Below are positions 19,446 to 29,887 of a DNA stretch of 60,435 nt, in pieces. The translations under genes were made by a program, and so were the position numbers. Each line of letters starts with the position of its first letter. The stretch's first letter is position 1. Under the pieces are notes generated by a model. That model saw only the letters and a list, made by a program, of their open reading frames with translations. It made no database searches and had not been told where the DNA came from. Source of the DNA: an uncultured Streptococcus sp. (lineage in GTDB: Bacteria > Bacillota > Bacilli > Lactobacillales > Aerococcaceae); contig CAKAPS010000001.1 of the NCBI GenBank assembly GCA_916719965.1, positions 1 through 60,435 of the forward strand, written 5' to 3'.

Positions 19446-20280
19446 TATTCCAGATTCTTATAAAAACCAAACGCCTGCTCCACGCTTAGATAAAGCAACG
19501 TTAAACAAAATGGCATGGCGTTCAATTTTCTTACAATCTTCTTTCAACTATGAACGTATGCAAGCAGGTGGCTGGTTATACGGTATTTTACCAGGGTTGG
19601 AAAAAATCCATACAGACAAAGATGACTTAGCTGCATCAATGTCTCATAACTTAGAGTTCTTCAATACTCACCCATTCTTAGTAACATTCGTAATGGGGAT
19701 TGTATTATCACTTGAACAAAACAAAGCAGATATTCCAACAATCCGTGCGGTACGTGTTGCTGCAATGGGACCATTGGGTGGTATCGGTGACGCTTTATTC
19801 TGGTTCACATTAGTTCCAATCGTAGCCGGTATTTCTTCAGACTTTGCATTAAAAGGAAGCATCGCTGGACCATTACTATTCTTAGCGGTATTTAATATCT
19901 TCCAATTTGCAATTCGTTACTGGTTAATGCACTGGTCTTATAACTTAGGAACAGATGCAATCGGTATCTTTACTGCAAATGCCAAAGAATTCACTCGTGC
20001 TGCTTCAATCCTAGGGGTATTCGTTGTTGGGGCTTTAACTAGCCTTTACGGTGGTACTAAATTAGGAATTCAAATCGCAAACGGTGAAAAACCAATTGTT
20101 ATCCAAGCAATCTTAGATGGTGTATTACCAAAAGTCATTCCATTAGGAATTACTTTAGGACTTTACTACTTATTAGCGCGTAAAAAATGGACGCCATTAC
20201 GTTGTATCGTTCTTCTATTAGTTGTCGGAATCGGTTTTGCATTCTTAGGAAACGTACTAGGAGTTAAATTCTGGGGTTAG
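19435..20280 (+). CDS. PTS EIID, mannose family (AgaE-like)
   Basis: FNYERMQ, FFNTHP, MGPLGGIGD. Confidence 0.92.
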   Translation: MAYNIPDSYKNQTPAPRLDKATLNKMAWRSIFLQSSFNYERMQAGGWLYGILPGLEKIHTDKDDLAASMSHNLEFFNTHPFLVTFVMGIVLSLEQNKADIPTIRAVRVAAMGPLGGIGDALFWFTLVPIVAGISSDFALKGSIAGPLLFLAVFNIFQFAIRYWLMHWSYNLGTDAIGIFTANAKEFTRAASILGVFVVGALTSLYGGTKLGIQIANGEKPIVIQAILDGVLPKVIPLGITLGLYYLLARKKWTPLRCIVLLLVVGIGFAFLGNVLGVKFWG

Positions 20281-20292
20281 TCCTTGAACAAT

Positions 20293-20328
20293 AAAAATAA
20301 GCTAGGCATCATGCCTAGCTTATTTTTT
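20293..20328. terminator. Bidirectional terminator
   Basis: aaaaataagctaggcat-c-atgcctagcttattttt between convergent genes. Confidence 0.8.
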
Positions 20329-20335
20329 ATGCTTT

Positions 20336-20863
20336 TTAAAAGTCTTTTTTAGTAAGGGCTTTAATACGATCTGCAAGGAATACGGCAACAACTAATTTTC
20401 CTAAGTCAGGAAGAATGAATGGATATAAACCGAAGCCAAGAATTTGTTGAAGATCTAAGTTCTTTCCTTGTAATCCTACTAATACAAAGGTCATAAACGG
20501 AATTCCGATGACGTAGAAAATGACTTCACCAACAAGAGCGGCAATCACCCATCCGAAGATATTGTTGATACGGTTTCCGATAAATGAAATCACCGGAGCT
20601 GCAACCATAAATCCAATAACAAAACCAAATGATGGAGAAATAAATAATGCAGTTCCTCCTCCTAATAAGAAAAGTAATAGGAAGTGAACAAATTGAGCAG
20701 CAAAAGCGCCAACTGGTGGCAATAATAATGATGCCAAAATCACTGTGGCTGTTTGAGCTGAGAATGGTACTGGACCAATCGGAATTTTTAAGTAGCTAGA
20801 TACATAGCAGAGTGCTCCTAGAAGTGCTGCGAGCACAATTGTTTTAATCGATAATTTTTTCAT
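20336..20863 (-). CDS. bioY: Biotin ECF S-component
   Basis: PVPFSAQT, PSFGFVIGF, PFILPD; downstream of birA. Confidence 0.88.
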   Translation of the reverse strand: MKKLSIKTIVLAALLGALCYVSSYLKIPIGPVPFSAQTATVILASLLLPPVGAFAAQFVHFLLLFLLGGGTALFISPSFGFVIGFMVAAPVISFIGNRINNIFGWVIAALVGEVIFYVIGIPFMTFVLVGLQGKNLDLQQILGFGLYPFILPDLGKLVVAVFLADRIKALTKKDF

Positions 20864-20881
20864 GAGTGTAACTCCTAACTT

Positions 20882-21874
20882 TTAGTTTTCTGGGCGAATG
20901 CTTACTTCGCCATAAGATAATGAATGAATGGCACCGTCATCTGTTTGGACGATAAGATGCCCGTTATTGTCTACGCTTTTTGCAGTGGCAGGATATGTTT
21001 TCATACCGCTAATGACATTGACTTTCTTGCCGACAATGATGGAATGGTCTTTGTATTCTTCCATGAAATCTCGCTTGCCAGCGTTGATGTCTTCGTAGCA
21101 GTGATTCCATTCTTTTAGGAAACGAGCTACGAATTCATTGCGGCTAAAACCGTCTGGAATTTCTTGCGGAGAAAAGAGGGAACCGATAATCGGTTTTAAA
21201 TCCTCTGGAATAATAGCGTCATCGATATGCAAGTTAATTCCCATTCCGACAATCAGTGCATCAACTTTTTGAGCTTCAATATTCGTCACGGCTTCTGTTA
21301 AGATACCAGCGATTTTTTTATCGTGATAGTAGAGGTCGTTCACCCATTTAATCCCAATTTTTTCATGGATAAAGGATTCCACCGCTCGCGTTGCGGCAAC
21401 CGCCGTAGCACAAGTGATCAGCGAAATACTGTCCAAATCGCCTTCCGGGAAAATACAGATACTCATATAAAGTCCAGATTTTGGTGGAGAGAGGAATGTT
21501 CTTCCTAGTCGTCCACGACCTGCCGTTTGCTCTTCTGCAATAAAGAAGGTAGGGACTCTCGAGCCTGATGCGCCGTATGTTTTAGCCAAATCATTGGTTG
21601 AAGTAGTTGTTTCAAAAACTTGAATATCCCAATCTTGAAGAGCCTCTCCCAAATGAGAGCGAATGCCTTCAAGGGTTAACAAATCCGTCTGTCTGGATAA
21701 TTGATACCCAACTTTTGTACTTGAGGTGATTTCGTAGCCATCTTTTTTTAATTGCTGGATGGCTTTCCACACAGCCGTACGAGAAAGGTTCAGTTGCTCT
21801 GCGATATCTTGTCCTGAAAGAGGTTTGTCCACTGTACTATATAAAAGACGTAAAACGTCCTGTTTAGTGCTCAT
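20882..21874 (-). CDS. birA: Bifunctional biotin ligase/repressor
   Basis: N-terminal HTH SRTAVWKAI, QTAGRGRLGR, KWVND, KIAGIL. Confidence 0.95.
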   Translation of the reverse strand: MSTKQDVLRLLYSTVDKPLSGQDIAEQLNLSRTAVWKAIQQLKKDGYEITSSTKVGYQLSRQTDLLTLEGIRSHLGEALQDWDIQVFETTTSTNDLAKTYGASGSRVPTFFIAEEQTAGRGRLGRTFLSPPKSGLYMSICIFPEGDLDSISLITCATAVAATRAVESFIHEKIGIKWVNDLYYHDKKIAGILTEAVTNIEAQKVDALIVGMGINLHIDDAIIPEDLKPIIGSLFSPQEIPDGFSRNEFVARFLKEWNHCYEDINAGKRDFMEEYKDHSIIVGKKVNVISGMKTYPATAKSVDNNGHLIVQTDDGAIHSLSYGEVSIRPEN

Positions 21875-21927
21875 AATATCCTCCTTTCATCAGTATTCAT
21901 GTTTTTAAGTGTAACAGATTTGAAATG

Positions 21928-21961
21928 ATTGTCAACTATTGAATTTTTAAAGGTTAACAAT
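21928..21961. promoter_or_regulatory. BirA operator
   Basis: ATTGTCAAC-N16-GTTAACAAT matches the Gram-positive BirA box TGTtAAC-N15/16-GTTaACA, upstream of birA-bioY. Confidence 0.8.
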
Positions 21962-22043
21962 AGATGCAAACGATTAAAAGATAGCGGATTCTACTGTGAA
22001 CATGGTATAATAATTGAGAACATTTAGTGAAAGGAATTTGAGT

Positions 22044-23303
22044 ATGAAAAAATTAGTCATTAACGGCGGTAAACCACTTAAAGGGGAAGTAACCATTAGT
22101 GGAGCTAAAAACAGTACAGTAGCTTTAATTCCGGCTGCTATTATCGCGAATGAACCAGTCGTATTAGAGGGTGTCCCTGAGATTCAGGACGTAGATGCCT
22201 TAATTGAAATTTTGAATGATTTTAACGTAAAAACAGAATTCGTTGATGGAACGTTAACCATCGACCCAAGAGAAATGAAATCTATCCCAATGCCAAAAGG
22301 GAAAATCCAAAGCATGCGTGCGTCTTATTATTTTATGGGAGCAACTCTTGCTAAATTCGGTGAAGGGGTTGTTGGACTTCCAGGTGGCTGCTTCTTAGGC
22401 CCTCGTCCAATTGACCAACATTTAAAAGGTTTCAAAGCGCTTGGTGCTGATGTGAGAGACCATGATGGTGCTATCTACTTATCTACTGGCGAAGAAGGCC
22501 TTGTGGGTACGAAAATTTATATGGACGTTGTATCTGTAGGTGCGACAATTAATGTATTGCTAGCATCCGTTCGTGCAAAAGGAAAAACCATTATCGAAAA
22601 TGCAGCGCGAGAGCCTGAAATTATCGACGTTGTAAACTTATTAAATAAAATGGGTGCCAATATTAAAGGTGCTGGAACAAGCATCATTCGTGTGGAAGGT
22701 GTAGAAAGCTTACATGGATGTACACATACGATTATTCCAGACCGTATTGAAGCAGGAACTTATTTATCAATCGCAGCAGCAGTTGGTGAGGGTGTCCGTG
22801 TGAAAAACGTGATTTTCGAACACTTAGAAAGTCTGATTGCAAAGATGAACGAAATGGGCGTGAAGATGGAAGTTGGCGAAGACGATATTTATGTTTACCC
22901 GACAAATGAGTTAAAAGCAGTCAATATTAAAACAATGCCTTATCCAGGCTTTGCGACAGACTTGCAACAAACTATCACGCCGCTCTTTAGTAAAGCAACA
23001 GGAACAGCAATGGTTGTCGATACGATTTATCCAAAACGTGTTGGTCACGTACCAGAATTAAATCGCATGGGCGCTCGTGGAAAAGTGATTGAAGATATCA
23101 TTACATTTGAAGGACCAACACCATTAGTCGGTGCCGAAGTGGCGGCTAGCGATCTTCGTGCTGGAGCTGGACTTGTGGTAGCTGGACTAATGGCTGAAGG
23201 AACAACGAAAATTTCAAATATCGGACATATTCTACGTGGTTATTCAAATATTGTTGAAAAACTACAAGCATTAGGTGCTGATATTTCGATGATTGAAGAG
23301 TAA
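22044..23303 (+). CDS. murA: UDP-N-acetylglucosamine 1-carboxyvinyltransferase (MurAB/MurZ type)
   Basis: [20 protein letters not shown] catalytic Cys, [15 protein letters not shown]; adjacent to rho. Confidence 0.95.
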   Translation: MKKLVINGGKPLKGEVTISGAKNSTVALIPAAIIANEPVVLEGVPEIQDVDALIEILNDFNVKTEFVDGTLTIDPREMKSIPMPKGKIQSMRASYYFMGATLAKFGEGVVGLPGGCFLGPRPIDQHLKGFKALGADVRDHDGAIYLSTGEEGLVGTKIYMDVVSVGATINVLLASVRAKGKTIIENAAREPEIIDVVNLLNKMGANIKGAGTSIIRVEGVESLHGCTHTIIPDRIEAGTYLSIAAAVGEGVRVKNVIFEHLESLIAKMNEMGVKMEVGEDDIYVYPTNELKAVNIKTMPYPGFATDLQQTITPLFSKATGTAMVVDTIYPKRVGHVPELNRMGARGKVIEDIITFEGPTPLVGAEVAASDLRAGAGLVVAGLMAEGTTKISNIGHILRGYSNIVEKLQALGADISMIEE

Positions 23304-23314
23304 GAAGGGGCATT

Positions 23315-24583
23315 ATGTCAGAACAAGTGGAAACTGTAACGCTACAAAGCTTACAAGAAAAAACTTTAAAAGAGATGTACGGCTTTGCCAAACATTATAA
23401 AATTCCTTATTACGGTCAAATGAATAAAAAGGAATTGGCGCTTGCGATTCTTCGTGCTCAAGAAGAAGCCACTGGATTTTTCCAAGTGGAAGGTGTCTTG
23501 GATATTAATCGTGCAGAAGGATTTGGATTCCTAAGACCGATTAACTATTCAAGCAGTCAGGAAGATATTTATATTTCTTCTTCGCAAATTCGCCGTTTCG
23601 ACCTTCGAAATGGGGACCTTGTGAGTGGGACAGCACGTCCACCACGTCAAGGTGAGAAATTTAATGGGTTGATGCAAGTTGGTTTCGTGAATGGAAAAGA
23701 TCCCGAAGAAGCCAAAGAGCGTGACCATTTCCCAGGACTTACACCATTGTATCCTGAAAAACAAATGGTGCTAGAAACGACACGTGGTCGCATCGCTTCT
23801 CGTATGTTGGATTTAATTTGCCCGATTGGTTTTGGGCAACGTGGACTTATTGTAGCACCACCAAAAGCAGGGAAGACAAGCTTACTTAAAGAAATCGCTA
23901 ATGGAATTACGACGAATTATCCAGAAGCCGAATTGATTATTTTACTCATCGATGAACGACCTGAAGAGGTAACGGACATCGAGAGAACGGTGGATGCAGA
24001 AGTGGTGTATTCTACATTTGACCAGCTTCCAGAAAACCACATTAAAATTAGTGAATTAGTGCTGGAACGTGCGCTACGTCTTGTAGAAGATGGACGTGAC
24101 GTGATTATCTTGATGGATAGCCTTACGCGTCTTGCACGTGCGTATAACTTAACGATTCCACCTTCAGGAAGAACATTGAGTGGTGGGATTGACCCAGCAG
24201 CTTTGTATCGTCCAAAGAAATTCTTTGGTTCTGCCAGAAATATCGAAGAGGGCGGTAGCCTAACGATTCTTGCGACGGCGTTAGTGGAAACAGGAAGCCG
24301 TATGGATGATGTGATTTATGAAGAGTTCAAAGGAACGGGTAATTCAGAAATCCATCTCTCAAGAGAACTTGCTGAAAGACGTGTATTCCCAGCCATTGAT
24401 GTGAAACGTTCAGGCACTCGTAAAGAAGACATGCTCCTTTCACAAGAAACGCTAGAAGCGATTTGGAAAGTGCGTCATGCCATTAAAGGAGACGGGCTTG
24501 AAACGAGTGAGCAACTTGTGAAGCAATTAAGAGAAACGAAGTCGAATGCCGATTTCATTCGTCGACTTAGTTTATTAGATTAG
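23315..24583 (+). CDS. rho: Transcription termination factor Rho
   Basis: GFGFLR, DIYISSSQIRRF, APPKAGKT, IDERPEEVTD, EEFKGTGN. Confidence 0.98.
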   Translation: MSEQVETVTLQSLQEKTLKEMYGFAKHYKIPYYGQMNKKELALAILRAQEEATGFFQVEGVLDINRAEGFGFLRPINYSSSQEDIYISSSQIRRFDLRNGDLVSGTARPPRQGEKFNGLMQVGFVNGKDPEEAKERDHFPGLTPLYPEKQMVLETTRGRIASRMLDLICPIGFGQRGLIVAPPKAGKTSLLKEIANGITTNYPEAELIILLIDERPEEVTDIERTVDAEVVYSTFDQLPENHIKISELVLERALRLVEDGRDVIILMDSLTRLARAYNLTIPPSGRTLSGGIDPAALYRPKKFFGSARNIEEGGSLTILATALVETGSRMDDVIYEEFKGTGNSEIHLSRELAERRVFPAIDVKRSGTRKEDMLLSQETLEAIWKVRHAIKGDGLETSEQLVKQLRETKSNADFIRRLSLLD

Positions 24584-24588
24584 AACTT

Positions 24589-24625
24589 AAATCCCTAAGA
24601 GTTTTCTTAGGGATTTTTATTTTTT
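24589..24625 (+). terminator. Intrinsic terminator after rho
   Basis: aaatccctaaga/tcttagggattt stem plus T run. Confidence 0.8.
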
Positions 24626-24705
24626 CAAAAGGTTACAAAAGAAGATGAAAGGAGATTTCAAATAGATTGCTCCTTGTGGTAAAATGGAAAAAGGAGTGAT
24701 TTTAC

Positions 24706-25206
24706 GTGAAAAAGAAAAAAGTAATCAAAACAAATGCAGTGCGAATGGTCGAGCAAGCAAAAGTTCCATATGCCATTCATGAATATGATGTGGATACAGC
24801 ACACCTTGATGCGATTCATGCAGCGCAGGGGATGGGGATTCCCGTTGAGGAAGTCTACAAAACCATCGTATTAACAGGCGATAAGACTGGACATTTAGTC
24901 GCTTGTATTGCGGCTCACCGAGAATTAGATTTAAAGACGATTGCGAAAGTTTCAGGAAATAAACGCGTAGAATTATTATCACTAGATAAACTGGAACCAT
25001 TAACAGGATATGTACGCGGAGGATGTTCACCAATTGGAATGAAGAAGAAATTCCCAACCTTCATCGAGCATCATGCGATGGAGCAAAAAACGATTCGTAT
25101 CTCTGCGGGAAAACGTGGACTTCAATTAGAAATTGCACCACAGGATTTACAACAGTTAACACAAGCAATAGTATTTGAAAATCATCCGGATGAGGTGGAA
25201 GCATGA
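24706..25206 (+). CDS. ybaK: Cys-tRNA(Pro) deacylase, YbaK/EbsC family
   Basis: KTNAVR, YKTIV, TGYVRGGCSPIG, SAGKRG. Confidence 0.9.
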   Translation: MKKKKVIKTNAVRMVEQAKVPYAIHEYDVDTAHLDAIHAAQGMGIPVEEVYKTIVLTGDKTGHLVACIAAHRELDLKTIAKVSGNKRVELLSLDKLEPLTGYVRGGCSPIGMKKKFPTFIEHHAMEQKTIRISAGKRGLQLEIAPQDLQQLTQAIVFENHPDEVEA

Positions 25207-26561
25207 GTGAAGTAACGATTCTTCACATCAATGATATGCACTCGAACTTTCATTCCATAAAGACGCAAACGCGCTTTATGAAGGAGCGTAGAGCCCAGCT
25301 TGAAAAAGAAGGGCAGAAGGTATTTGGGATTGATCTAGGAGACCTCATTGACCGTGTTCATCCATTGGTTGAAGCAGAGGACGGAAAGATTGCTGCAAGA
25401 GTGTTGAACGAAGAGCAAATCGATTTTGCTACCCTTGGAAATAACGAAGGGACGGCGTATACACCGCTTGAATTAGAGGCGGCGTATGAAGGTCGCCAGT
25501 TCGAAGTCATTATTTCGAATGTCAAATGGGCAACAACTCGAGAAGTGCCTCCGTTTGCAAAAGAAGTTCATTTTGAAAAAGTGGACGACTGCAGTATTGC
25601 ATTTATCGGGTTGACGGCTTCTTATCCAGAAAGCTATGGGCCAAATGGCTATTTGATTGAAGAGCCGATGGATGCGTTGAAGCGCCTTGTACCGACGCTT
25701 GCAGCTGGCGGTCATCAGATTATCTTGCTGTCTCATTTAGGAATTGAAATGGATCATCTGATTGCGGAAACTTATCCAGAAATTCAAGTGATTCTTGGGG
25801 CACATACGCATCATCTCTTTGAAGAAGGAAAATGGGTGAACCAAACTCTTCTAACAGGTGGATTTAAGTATGGTGCTTATATTGGTGAGCTTCATTTGAA
25901 GACAGAAGGCAGTCGCTTGATTCCTCTTTCTGATAAAATGATTGCAGTCGAGGATTTAAAAGAGGATTCGACTATTGATGAAGGAGAAGCGCTTCGCCAA
26001 GAAGGGATTGCGCTCTTGAAAGCAGAAGTGGTACTCCCACATATTCCTGCATATTCTGTGAAGGAACTAGCTCTTCTCTCATTAGAAGCGATGACGAGAC
26101 AAACTGGAGTTTCGGTAGCATTTTCTTATACCGGCCTCTTTGTAGTACCGTTTAAAGAAGGACCGCTCACAAAGTTTGACTTACATGAATGCATGCCACA
26201 TCCGATTCATTTGAATAAGAGTCGCTTTAGAGTTTCAGATTTCAAACAACTATTGCAAATTTTTGAAGAACAGCAGCCTGAATTACTAGAAAAAGCTATT
26301 CGTGGATATGGTTTTCGTGGTAAACTGTTTGGAGAGATCCTTTATACAGGATTTCAGTTCGCTAGTGGCGAAATCGTTATGGATGGAAGAGAGTTGGCAG
26401 ACGATGAGTTTATTACATTTGTTTGCCCTGACCATATGCGATTCGTTCCATTTTTCCCGATCATTGAAGAAAAAGGGGACAACGAAATTATTTATCCAGA
26501 TTTATTAAGAACGATTATTGAAAAAGAATTAGTATTCAAAGAAAGGAAGAATCATGACTGA
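25203..26561 (+). CDS. Metallophosphoesterase / 5'-nucleotidase family (YunD-like)
   Basis: HINDMHS, DLGD, GNNE, LSHLG, GAHTHH. Confidence 0.85.
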   Translation: MSEVTILHINDMHSNFHSIKTQTRFMKERRAQLEKEGQKVFGIDLGDLIDRVHPLVEAEDGKIAARVLNEEQIDFATLGNNEGTAYTPLELEAAYEGRQFEVIISNVKWATTREVPPFAKEVHFEKVDDCSIAFIGLTASYPESYGPNGYLIEEPMDALKRLVPTLAAGGHQIILLSHLGIEMDHLIAETYPEIQVILGAHTHHLFEEGKWVNQTLLTGGFKYGAYIGELHLKTEGSRLIPLSDKMIAVEDLKEDSTIDEGEALRQEGIALLKAEVVLPHIPAYSVKELALLSLEAMTRQTGVSVAFSYTGLFVVPFKEGPLTKFDLHECMPHPIHLNKSRFRVSDFKQLLQIFEEQQPELLEKAIRGYGFRGKLFGEILYTGFQFASGEIVMDGRELADDEFITFVCPDHMRFVPFFPIIEEKGDNEIIYPDLLRTIIEKELVFKERKNHD

Positions 26562-27378
26562 ACAGAAAGCAGAAACACTTTCACAGGAATTAAGTCAAGT
26601 CTTAGAAGAGATTGTGACAATGCCTGAAGAAGAAGTGAAGCGTGCGGTAATGGTTGGCGATACAACCGTGATGATTGATGATGTGCATTATGAAATCGTC
26701 GAAGACTACCGTGACGGATTTAATATTGAAGCGTTAAACGAGCGCTATAATGATATTTTTGAGCGCTATGATTACATCGTTGGCGACTGGGGCCATGAGA
26801 AATTACGTTTGAAAGGTTTCTTCAAACATTCGCATAAATTGGCGACTCCGGACCGCGATATCGATTATTTACAAGAATATTTATTAGAATATTGTAATTT
26901 TGGGTGCCAATATTTCGTATTAGAAAGAGATCCAGAGGCGCAACATAAACCAGTTGTGGAAGAAGAAAAAACACAACAACGTCCAAGACGCGAGCGAAAT
27001 AATCAACGCAAACGTCAAAACAATCAACGTAGAGAACATGTATTTAGTCCAGCGGATTTAGATAGTCCAGTCCGTTCAAATAATAAGCGTAAGTTTAAAG
27101 AGAAGGCTCAAAATCGTCAGAAGAAACGCAATAATGAAACAAATCAAAAGACGAAAAAAGATCAATCGTTTAATTTGAAAGAATTTATTCCAAAAGAAAC
27201 GATGAAAGAAAAAGAATATGAAGGCAATAACTTCAAACCAAAACAGAAGAAATCATCTCAACATTTCTCAATGAAAGAAGTGGAGAAACCAGCAAGCAGT
27301 AAGGTGAAGAAGAGCCCTGTGAAATCCACTCAGAAGAAAGGATTCCATATTCGAGAAAACCAACAAAGAGGTAACTAA
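26554..27378 (+). CDS. YutD (DUF1027) family protein with a basic low-complexity tail
   Basis: YDYIVGDWG, LRLKGF, EYCNFGC. Confidence 0.9.
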   Translation: MTEQKAETLSQELSQVLEEIVTMPEEEVKRAVMVGDTTVMIDDVHYEIVEDYRDGFNIEALNERYNDIFERYDYIVGDWGHEKLRLKGFFKHSHKLATPDRDIDYLQEYLLEYCNFGCQYFVLERDPEAQHKPVVEEEKTQQRPRRERNNQRKRQNNQRREHVFSPADLDSPVRSNNKRKFKEKAQNRQKKRNNETNQKTKKDQSFNLKEFIPKETMKEKEYEGNNFKPKQKKSSQHFSMKEVEKPASSKVKKSPVKSTQKKGFHIRENQQRGN

Positions 27379-28161
27379 ATGTATAAAGCATATTTTATTG
27401 ATTTAGATGGAACCATGTATCGTGGAAAAGACCGTATTCCAACGGCCGAAGCCTTTATTAAAAGATTGCAAGAAGCCAAGATTCCATTCCTATTTGTAAC
27501 AAATAATGCTACAAAAACACCTGCACAAGTAGCTGAAAACTTACGTGTGAACTATGGCACTGAAGTTTCGGCAGACGAAGTGTATACAAGTGGTGTTGCG
27601 GCAGTGGATTACTTGAAGTCTCATTTCAACGTGAACCGTGTCATGGTCATCGGGGAAGAAGCGATTAAAAATCAAGTCGAAGCAGCTGGATACACGATTG
27701 TTTCTGAAAAGCCAGAAGTCGTGTTGCAGTCCCTTGACCGCAATGTCACTTATAAAGATTTAGAAACAGCAACGCTTGCGATTCGTAATGGTGCAACGTA
27801 TATCGTAACCAATATCGATTCAAACTTACCAAGCGAAAAAGGCCCAATCCCAGGATCAGGTGCTATCACTGGTTTCTTAAAAGTGGCAACACAAGTAGAA
27901 CCAATTATCATTGGTAAACCAAGTAGTGTGATTATGGAGTCTGCATTAGACTACTTAAATGCCAAATTCCCAGACCGTCATTTTACAAAAGAAGACATCG
28001 CAATGGTTGGAGATAATTACCAAACGGATATTCAAGCCGGCATTCAATACGGCATGGATACGCTGATGGTATTAACAGGATTTTCAACACGTAAAGATTT
28101 AGAAAAAGTGGAAGAACAACCAACGCACTTGGTAGAGGATTTGAGTGAATGGACTATTTAA
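27379..28161 (+). CDS. HAD-IIA hydrolase (YutF/NagD-like)
   Basis: DLDGT, VTNN, GKP, GDNYQTD. Confidence 0.9.
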   Translation: MYKAYFIDLDGTMYRGKDRIPTAEAFIKRLQEAKIPFLFVTNNATKTPAQVAENLRVNYGTEVSADEVYTSGVAAVDYLKSHFNVNRVMVIGEEAIKNQVEAAGYTIVSEKPEVVLQSLDRNVTYKDLETATLAIRNGATYIVTNIDSNLPSEKGPIPGSGAITGFLKVATQVEPIIIGKPSSVIMESALDYLNAKFPDRHFTKEDIAMVGDNYQTDIQAGIQYGMDTLMVLTGFSTRKDLEKVEEQPTHLVEDLSEWTI

Positions 28162-28793
28162 CTAGAACTTACCGCGTGCCTAAGTGGATTACTTCTATCG
28201 CGCTATTCCTATTCTTCTTAAGTCTAGGAATTACCTTTGTGATTTTCTTTGAACCGATGTATCACTGGTCAATTGGTTGGTTTGGAGTAGAAAAACTCAC
28301 TGGTTACAGTGCCGATACGCTTAAGATGAACTATCATGAACTCATCGGGTACTTAACGAACCCGTTAAATGACATCTTGAAGATGACCGATTTTCCAAGT
28401 TCAGAACAGGGATTATTCCACTTCTTTGAGGTGAAACGTCTCTTCTTTGTGAATTTTGCAGTACTACTAGCTTCGGGGCTTATCAGTTTCTTTGGCGTGA
28501 GATATTTACGACAAAGAAGACAAACATGGCAATTGCGTAGACCAATCAGATGGCTTGTTTTAATTCCAGTTGTTGTTTGTTTTGCGATTGCAGCTTTCTT
28601 CGATACGATCTTTGTGAAGTTCCATCAAGTGTTCTTTAACAATGATGCGTGGATGTTCGATCCGAAAAATGACCCGATTATTTTAGCCTTGCCAGAGGAA
28701 TTCTTTATGCTATGCTTTGCCGTCGTATTCACCTTTTTATTGGTGGGGCTATTTGGGACAAACGTTGCGATTAAGCGATTAAAAGAAATTTAA
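28149..28793 (+). CDS. TIGR01906-type integral membrane protein
   Basis: HFFEVKRLF, FHQVFF, WMFDPKNDPIILALPEEFF. Confidence 0.8.
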   Translation: MDYLTRTYRVPKWITSIALFLFFLSLGITFVIFFEPMYHWSIGWFGVEKLTGYSADTLKMNYHELIGYLTNPLNDILKMTDFPSSEQGLFHFFEVKRLFFVNFAVLLASGLISFFGVRYLRQRRQTWQLRRPIRWLVLIPVVVCFAIAAFFDTIFVKFHQVFFNNDAWMFDPKNDPIILALPEEFFMLCFAVVFTFLLVGLFGTNVAIKRLKEI

Positions 28794-28936
28794 AACAGTA
28801 AGAAACGAGAAGCTTCTTTCAAAAAGGAAGAGTTCTCGTTTTTTTGTACCCAAAAAATTCGCATATGAGCGGAATTTCACACAAAAAAATGGTATGATAT
28901 AAGAGATGAACATTTAAAGGATTGAGGAGTGGAATA

Positions 28937-29887
28937 ATGAAATTATCAATTGTCATCCCGTTTTATAACGAGGAAAATATGATTCAAAAAATGTATGACG
29001 CCTTAGTAGCAGAAGTCAATAAAATTACTAAAGCGGAATTTGAAATTATTTTTATTAATGATGGTAGTAAAGACCGTACTTTTGAAAAAATGCTTGCGAT
29101 CGCAGATGGCGATTCTCGCGTCAAGTATATTAGTTTCAGCAGAAACTTTGGGAAAGAAGCTGGAACGATTGCAGGACTTGAATACGCAACAGGGGAAGCT
29201 GTGATTTTAATGGATGGGGACTTACAACATCCACCTGCACTTCTTCCACAAATGATTGAAGCGTATGAAGAAGGGTATGACGTTGTGAGTGCTCGTCGTA
29301 CACGTACAGGTGAAAAACCTCACCGTACATTCTTAGCAAAACATTTCTATCGTCTTGCAAACAAAATGATGGATATCGAATTAATGGATGGGGTCTCTGA
29401 ATTCCGTCTATTCAGCCGTAAAGCAGTTCGTGCCATCCTTTCATTACAAGAATACAACCGATTCTCTAAAGGGATTTTCTCTTGGATTGGTTTTAAAGAA
29501 AAAGTCATCGAATATGAAAACCAAGTTCGTACCGTTGGTGAAACAAAATACTCATTGAAGTTCTCATTAAACTATGCGATTCAAGGGATTTTATCGTTCA
29601 ACGATAAACCGCTTCGTATGTGCATTAACTTCGGTTTATTCTGTTTATTAATCTCATTAGCTTACGTTCTTTGGACATTCGTTCAATACTTCGTGGCGCC
29701 GGATTCACTCGTGAGTGGATACTTCACAACGATTTTCTCTGTCGTGCTCTTTGGTGGAATTCAATTGATTTCAATCGGGGTATTAGGAGAGTACATCGGT
29801 AAGATTTACTACGAAGTGAAGAAACGTCCGCATTACTTAGTAGATGAAACGAATATGACGGTGAAAGGAGAGCAACATGACGACTAA
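28937..29887 (+). CDS. GT2 undecaprenyl-phosphate glycosyltransferase (CsbB/GtrB-like)
   Basis: INDGSKD, SRNFGKE, MDGDLQHPP, two C-terminal TMs, EVKKRP. Confidence 0.9.
   Translation: MKLSIVIPFYNEENMIQKMYDALVAEVNKITKAEFEIIFINDGSKDRTFEKMLAIADGDSRVKYISFSRNFGKEAGTIAGLEYATGEAVILMDGDLQHPPALLPQMIEAYEEGYDVVSARRTRTGEKPHRTFLAKHFYRLANKMMDIELMDGVSEFRLFSRKAVRAILSLQEYNRFSKGIFSWIGFKEKVIEYENQVRTVGETKYSLKFSLNYAIQGILSFNDKPLRMCINFGLFCLLISLAYVLWTFVQYFVAPDSLVSGYFTTIFSVVLFGGIQLISIGVLGEYIGKIYYEVKKRPHYLVDETNMTVKGEQHDD

Noticed and set aside
26950..27378. K/Q/N/R-rich low-complexity tail of YutD as a repeat or frameshift
   Set aside because: No nucleotide tandem repeat; the frame is open and abuts the next gene; such tails are common in this family.
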